A DNA stretch of 64,000 nt from Blasia pusilla. Taxonomy: Eukaryota. A model generated the notes under the pieces. That model had not been told where the DNA came from. It saw only the letters and a list, made by a program, of their open reading frames with translations, and searched no databases. The stretch spans positions 5,580,001 through 5,644,000 of the forward strand of contig CM114271.1 of assembly GCA_050084515.1 (NCBI GenBank). The letters run 5' to 3'. The position numbers and the translations under genes are program-made. Numbering within the stretch: position 1 is the first letter of the stretch; every line of letters begins with the position of its first letter. Shown here piece by piece: positions 57,625 to 64,000 of the stretch.

Positions 57625-60180
57625 CTCTAGTACAAAAACCGCCTCTAGATGACTTAGAAAAATGACTAGATGTTACTCAAACCGGGCCTTTGTGTGACTA
57701 AGTAATTACTTAACTAGACGCTAGTAATAAAAATTGCTCCTAGTCGTATAAGTTGTTACTAAAACCGAGGGTAGTCGTATGTGAGTCTCTTTTTTGTTAT
57801 TCAACATAGTCACTAAAGATGACTTGATCTAGTATTTTTTTATGACTAGGTTAAGTCATAAAAAATGACTAGACGAGTCATAAAGAATGACTGGACGAGT
57901 AATAAAGAATGACTAGACGAGTCATTAATAATGACTTGGTGAGTCCTTAAGAGTGACTTCTCAGAGTAATAAATATTGACTTCATGTGTCATAAAAGAAT
58001 AACTAAGAGTCATTAAAATGACTTGTCCATGTCATTTACAATCTTATTCACTAACAATATCCAAATAACAACTATACCAGTCATTAGGTATGATATATTG
58101 TTTTATTACTGACAGAAATATGTACATGAAATTGGCATTTTAGTCCATTGTATCCATGAATATGAATTACTCCTTCCTACATATCCTCCCTACACCTATC
58201 GCTACTTCTCTTATATCCATGCAACGAAGATGCCAGTATGTATCTGTTGTACAGTCCTAATTCTACCAGCATCGTGTGAAAACATACAAGCATATTACTC
58301 ATGTACCAACCCATCCATGTTGTAGCATCTGATCACATTAGTTTTTCACAGTAAAAAATCCTTATCTATTGAAAGATACAGATAGCAAATGTTTCTTACA
58401 TCCAATTGTGGCCATAAGTCCAAAGCTACAAAATGTATCCATACATCTTGAAATGGAATATTTTCTTACGTCAAAAGAATGCCTAGTGAATTATAGTGAA
58501 AGATGGTCATCAATGGAAGAACACAAAATCTACTTCTCAATGCAAACTCCCCCTCTGATATTGAGGAGTTGATCACCACAACTTTAGGTAGCCAATACTT
58601 TTATCGACTCAATAATAGCACTCCATAAATGTATGGACAGCCTCAATGGTTGGGGCTAGGACCCATTCAAGGAGTGGAAATGACAAAGGCTACATGTAAC
58701 AGCAAGTCACATATATATAAAGAAGTATTTGGCACCGCATGAGAGGGTCCCTCGGTGTAGTTGGAGAATCCACCCTGCATAGAGTCTACACATGACATAT
58801 ATGTCAGTGTAGTACAAACACATCACACAACCTTCCCACCATCATCCTATGATGTATAATGAAAGAGAAATTTGAGATTGCAAATCAATAGATTCGTACT
58901 ATTCCACTCTTGCCCCGTTGGACAATATCCACCGTATAACAAACTTGGCTTGGAGTTCTGTGCATAGGATCCATCCCTACCGCCTTGAGACATGCTTGCA
59001 TGTCTCTCTCCACTATATTGTACACCCACTTGCTGTTTGAGAGGAATACGACTTTCAAGTAGACGCCCGGGTGCAACATCCCTTGCCCAAGTAGCTTGCC
59101 CCCTAACTATCCCTTTCTGCCAATGCAATGCAACCCACCAATTAGAGGAAATTTCTTTCAAATTCCACTAACCTTGAAACAAAATTATAGACACACATCC
59201 TGTCTAATTGAAACGGAGAAATTATCTGCTCCTTCTTTCCCCCAATAGTTGATAGACAAGGCTTCTTAGGAGCCGGAAGCTCATCTGAGCCTTATTGATG
59301 CTCTTCACCAAAGTCTGCAACAAACTCTGGATCACAAGTGGGAGATTTTTCACCTCCAGTATGAGCATCAATGTGATCAGTAGATTTTTTCATCACTTTG
59401 ATGTACCACAAGGAAGTGGTTTCCATAGGCTTGCATTCTCTTGTAAGCTAAGACGGACATTCAAGGTAGAGCTGACACAAGGTAGACATCCCGGTCCAAA
59501 TTTGGGTGGAAAGCCCCCCGCAAGATCATGGTAAAGATCTTGACCTTCACTTCAAAAGGAAGGCTCCTTAATGTGGACAAAAAGTACCCTCAGTCATTTT
59601 GAACCATTGGTTGAAACGAAACACCCGCCATCACTCTGATGCCATCCAAAGACATGAAGGATGTTACATTCCTAAGACTTCTCTCTCCATAGTGCACAAC
59701 GCTACAACTGCCCGGTATTTAATGACAACAAAACTTCTCTCTCCATTCAAGTGAATACCCCAAATATTTACTAAAGTATAAAAGAGTAGTTAGAACTAAG
59801 TATCAAAGAAGTTACCATACAGATCGTCCACCTTTCCCTCAGGTATCCACCTATGGATCTTTTCATGGATTGGTATAGGGGATCTCTGATATTGAGGAGG
59901 GATTGCTTTTGTATGGGAGATTTTTATTATTGCACTATATGACGCAAATGTCCATTAAGATATCCAATAAGTTCCTACGAAAAAATCCCATGAATTTCAA
60001 TCAGATTTCATACCTTTTTAACCGTGTCCAGGGAAAATGTAGATTCCATATTTTTATACCTGCTTTCTATATGCTCTGAGTCTTTCAAAGCTCTACGAGC
60101 CACCAACAATTATAACACTTGAAACTCTACACCAACACTTTAGAGAGAGAGAGTATCCATTAACTTGCGACCATAGACCC
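57625..60180 (-). mobile_element. CACTA-like DNA transposon relic
   Basis: The terminus ctctagtacaaaaaccg resembles CACTAGTACAAAA. Subterminal ~22-bp repeats (aatgactagacgagtcataaag) span ~57862-58020. Decayed minus-strand transposase-like remnants include RMQAYGNHFLV at ~59410-59440. Confidence 0.45.
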
Positions 60181-60187
60181 CCTGCCA

Positions 60188-63100
60188 TGGTTGGTTAAGC
60201 AAGATTAAGCTTCCCTCACACGAAGTAGGGAAGCTTAATCTTGGTCATTCAGTTAAGCACGATTATCTTAACTAGGATTAGTTTAACTCGAGACTATAGT
60301 TAAGATGAGGGTTAGGGTTGCTTGAACATACCCTAAATAATTGAGAAGGAGACCAGCCTCCACTCATTCTCTCATTGCAAAATTATTTTCTCCATGGTGG
60401 TGTGTGAGTGTGAGAGTCATTTTCCACCAGTTATGCTTCTTTAGCAATTTTCTACATAGTGTCAGAGCGATAGGAGAACATCACTTGAAATTCTTGATGT
60501 TTTAGGAGAGAAGAGAGGCAAGAGAAGGCACAATTTCAGTTTGGGAGAAGGAAATTTGTTCATAGCTCACTGGATGCAAATTTCAGATGGAGCTTTGACG
60601 ATGATAAAACTTTGGAGGTCGATTTTTATTTAGGAGTGGTCTATACTTCAATTGGAGGAGTGGAGAGCCTAAAATCATATTTTTTTGAGTGAAATAGTTT
60701 GTCATGGAATATTCCTCAATAACAATCATAGATGAGAAGCTAGATACGTAAAATTACAATGTTTGGAAGTTTCATATGAAACAATTTCGCATGGATCAAG
60801 AACAATGGGAGCTTTTCATAGGTAATGAGGCCAAACCAGAAGGTGACTCAACAGACTTGAATGTTCGCTCTTGGAACAAACATATAAGGCAAGTAATCCA
60901 CTACATTTCAATAATGATTAATTCTCCAATGATAGGACACATTCAAGATGTTGATATTTTGAAGGAGGCTTGGGATGCATTGGAAAAGCTATTCTAGAAA
61001 TCTACGAAGGCCAAAAAACTTCAATTGAAACAATAATTGAACAAAGTGAGGAAATGATCCCAGAGCATCGATGATTATATTTTGAGTATCAAACATATTG
61101 TTGATCGGTTGAATAGCATTGGAGTCATAGTAGAAGATGATGATATGATTTTTTTCACTCTTCAATGTCTTCCAAAGGATTACAAGTCCTTTGAAATCTC
61201 TATCTCTGTGAGAAAGAAATATCCAACCTTTCAAGAGTTAGTTCGAGTGTTAATGAGTGAAGAGATGCGCCTAGTAGGCACCAATATCTCATTTAGTCTA
61301 CAAGAGAGTGTGTTATTTCCACGTTATGGATCAAACATAGGCAGAGATCATGGTAGAAGCTTCCGTCGTCATGGTGCATAGGCACTCAATATAATTTCAC
61401 TCAATCAACTACGAATCAATATCAGACACAATTACAAGGTCATGAAGGTAGAAACCGTTAGGGTCGAGGTCAACAGTAGAAGATCCCTTGATCTTGCAAT
61501 TACTTTCGGATAAAGGGTCACTATGCAAAGTTTTGCTTGAAGATGAAGGCAGATATAAGAACATGAGCCTTGCAGCAATAAAATTATTTGGAGCAACAAC
61601 ACCAAGGGCAATACCAAGAACAAAAACATTCACAAACTTAGCACCTCTTGGTTATGACTCATCATATGGGAGCAATGATCAAGAAAGATTCGACATCAGA
61701 TTGGTACATTGACTTTGGTGCATCAAATCATATGATTTCACAAGCTAATTGGTTCAGTAGTATGTAGTTGATGAAACATCCTGTAATTGTGCTCATAGGA
61801 GATGATACTCAATATCATATCACGCATACCGGTAAAGTTCAAATAGCTTCAGATGATCTTTGTGCTCCTGGAAATATTCTTTATGTTCCCTATCATTACA
61901 AGAAACTTGATCTTTGTAGGACAGATAGTAGAACAGGGTTATCAAGTGAAGTTTAACATAGATGGTTGTTTCATTGAAACAATGGATGACCAGACTATGA
62001 TAGCCAAAGGAACTAGATATGGCTAAATGTTCAAATTAGATGTTTCTATGCTAGAGATTCAAACAATAATGTATGGTCAAACTCGCCAACTACTTACATA
62101 TCTAAATGTGTAGCATAAGAGAATTAGACATATGAATCTTCAAAGATTACAGAGTCTCATCATGTAATCTAGTAATAGGATTTGCTAAATTAGCAAGTCC
62201 TGCTACATTAGAGGTATGTCTTGCTTGCTAATTTGAAAAACAAGCTAGATTTCCATTTCGAAAGCAAGGTAGAAGAGCATCCAAGATATTGGAGTTGATT
62301 CACAGTAATATATGGACAACATAGCGTTAGTGCTTTACAGTACTTTGTTTTATTTATTGATGACTTCTCTAGGTGTATATGGGTATATTTTTTGAAAGCC
62401 AAGTGAAAGGTATTCTCAGGGTTCCAAACATTCAGAGCTCTAGTAGAGAAGCAAAGTGGAGAACACATTATGAAATTGCGTTTTAATGGAGGAGGAGAAT
62501 ATTTCTCAATAGAGTTTGATGACTACTTACGTCAGAATGATATCCAACGTCAAGTAACTTGCCGTTATATTCCACAACAAAATAGAGAGGCTGAGAGGAA
62601 GAATCGACATATTGCTGAGGCGGCACGAGCTATGCTGAATGAGAAGAACATGCCTAAGGTATATTGGGCAGAGGCTGTAGCGTGTATAGTCTTCTTAATC
62701 AATCGAACTCCAACAACATGAATTCATGATAAGACTATATTCAAAGTCTTCACAGGAAGTAAACTTGATTTTTCCTTCCTAAAAGTATTTGATTATATTT
62801 GTTATGCTCATGTTCCTTCTGAAAGACGTCAAAAATTAGACCCCGAATCTGAAAGATTTATATTGATTGGCTACGTTGATGGAACTAAGGAATACGAGTA
62901 TTACATTCCATCTTCTAGGAAACTTATTATTAGTCGCGATGTTGTCTTTGATGAGCTAAAGTCATGGTATGCTCCATCTGAGCCTACTTCACCTCTAAAC
63001 TCGTCTGTTGAGGGGGATAATAGGACTGTAAACCAACAGACATTGTTTTCAAATTCCCCAAGTACTAATGCAGGATTAGGAGAGGTCCTAGATTCATCAG

Positions 63101-64000
63101 TTAAATCTGTGGGTCATGGACAGGAAGAGTATGTATTGAGTATGTTGACACTAGTCACAACTTAAGTCATGTGTCAGAGGCATCTACCTCTCAACAACAA
63201 CTTCGTAGATCAAGTAGAGTCACACATCATGTTGATAGATTCATAAATGAAGGTTTCCTTGCAACACATCATAGTAGTCATCATACATATATGATGACTA
63301 CCCTTTAAGAACATGAGCCAAGTTATTTTGAAGAAGTTACAAATAAAGTCGAATGGATTGAAGCTATGGAGGAAGAGTTTATTCCTTTTAGACATCAACA
63401 AACGTGAGAGTTGGTTGATATATCTTCCAATAAGGAAGCCATTGGTTGCAAATGGATTTACAAAATCAAGCGCAATCAAGATGTTACAACTAACATATAG
63501 AAAGTGAGATTGATGGCTAAGGGCTATGCATAACAATACGGCAACGATTATGAGGAAATATTTAGCCCTCTTGCAAAGATGGCGACTACGAGAACAGTGG
63601 TTCCTGTTGTAGAAAGTAAAAAGTGGGGATTACATTATATGGACGTCAAGAATGCCTTCTTGAATGGAAATCTATATGAGGAGGTATATATGACTTAACC
63701 ACTTGGATATGAGCATCCCAAGTTTCTATTTCGGGTATGTAGGTTTAAGAAAGCCGTATACGGGCTCTAACAAGCTCCAAGAGCTTGGTATGGCAAGATT
63801 ACATACATCCCACAAGAGTTGGGTTTTAGGGTAAGTGATTATGACTCCTCGTTATCTGTCTTTAAAGGACAAGATCATATGGTTATCATTGTGTTGTACT
63901 AAGCCCTCTTGATTATTGGGAGTACTAAGGATATGATACAACAACTCAAGCTAAAATTACATGCTGAATTTGATATAAAGGACATAGGAGAACTAAAGTA
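60188..64000 (+). mobile_element. Decayed Ty1/Copia retrotransposon, continuing beyond the window
   Basis: The LTR ends ctaca (60456) and is followed by a degenerate PBS tagtgtcagagc. Gag (NYNVWKF; KEAWDALEKLF; LPKDY), protease WYIDFGASNHM (~61700), integrase (FIDDFSR; GGEYFS; PQQNREAERKNRHI) and then RT (YEEIFSP; MDVKNAFLNG; KAVYGL) give the Copia order. LTR start is approximate. Confidence 0.9.

Noticed and set aside
57862-58020. Short regularly spaced ~22-bp repeats that could suggest a CRISPR array
   Set aside because: They are head-to-tail with no unique spacers, lie in a eukaryotic context with no cas genes, and fit CACTA subterminal repeats.

Overview
Eukaryotic, intron-containing, TE-rich plant genomic DNA; a non-seed land plant such as a bryophyte, lycophyte or fern is inferred from the TE types but is not proven. 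Two host genes lie on the minus strand: CNOT11 (1-4136, 3' end outside the window) and a full-length ABCC/MRP transporter (17135-26685) with one apparent frameshift and a GC-AG intron. The right half is a nest of transposons. The main find is a ~14.3-kb non-chromovirus Ty3/Gypsy-type retroelement (42464-56812). Its decayed polyprotein reads Gag(2x zinc knuckle)-protease-DNMT3-like C5 cytosine methyltransferase-RT-RNaseH-DDE integrase-PHD finger, so it carries both an epigenetic writer and a chromatin reader. Its ends are not a normal LTR pair but a split-direct-repeat arrangement (A1...B1-A2-B2) with a palindromic B/A junction and a 4-bp TSD. A second, diverged relative (32609-39689) keeps the methyltransferase C-terminal motifs. 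A young, internally deleted chromovirus (48545-53511, TSD TTCTG) is nested in the RT. Also present: ~180-bp satellite arrays, MITE-like foldbacks, a probable small Helitron, a RING pseudogene split by the insertion, a CACTA relic and a decayed Copia element. All alignments and translations were done by eye; no database searches were run.
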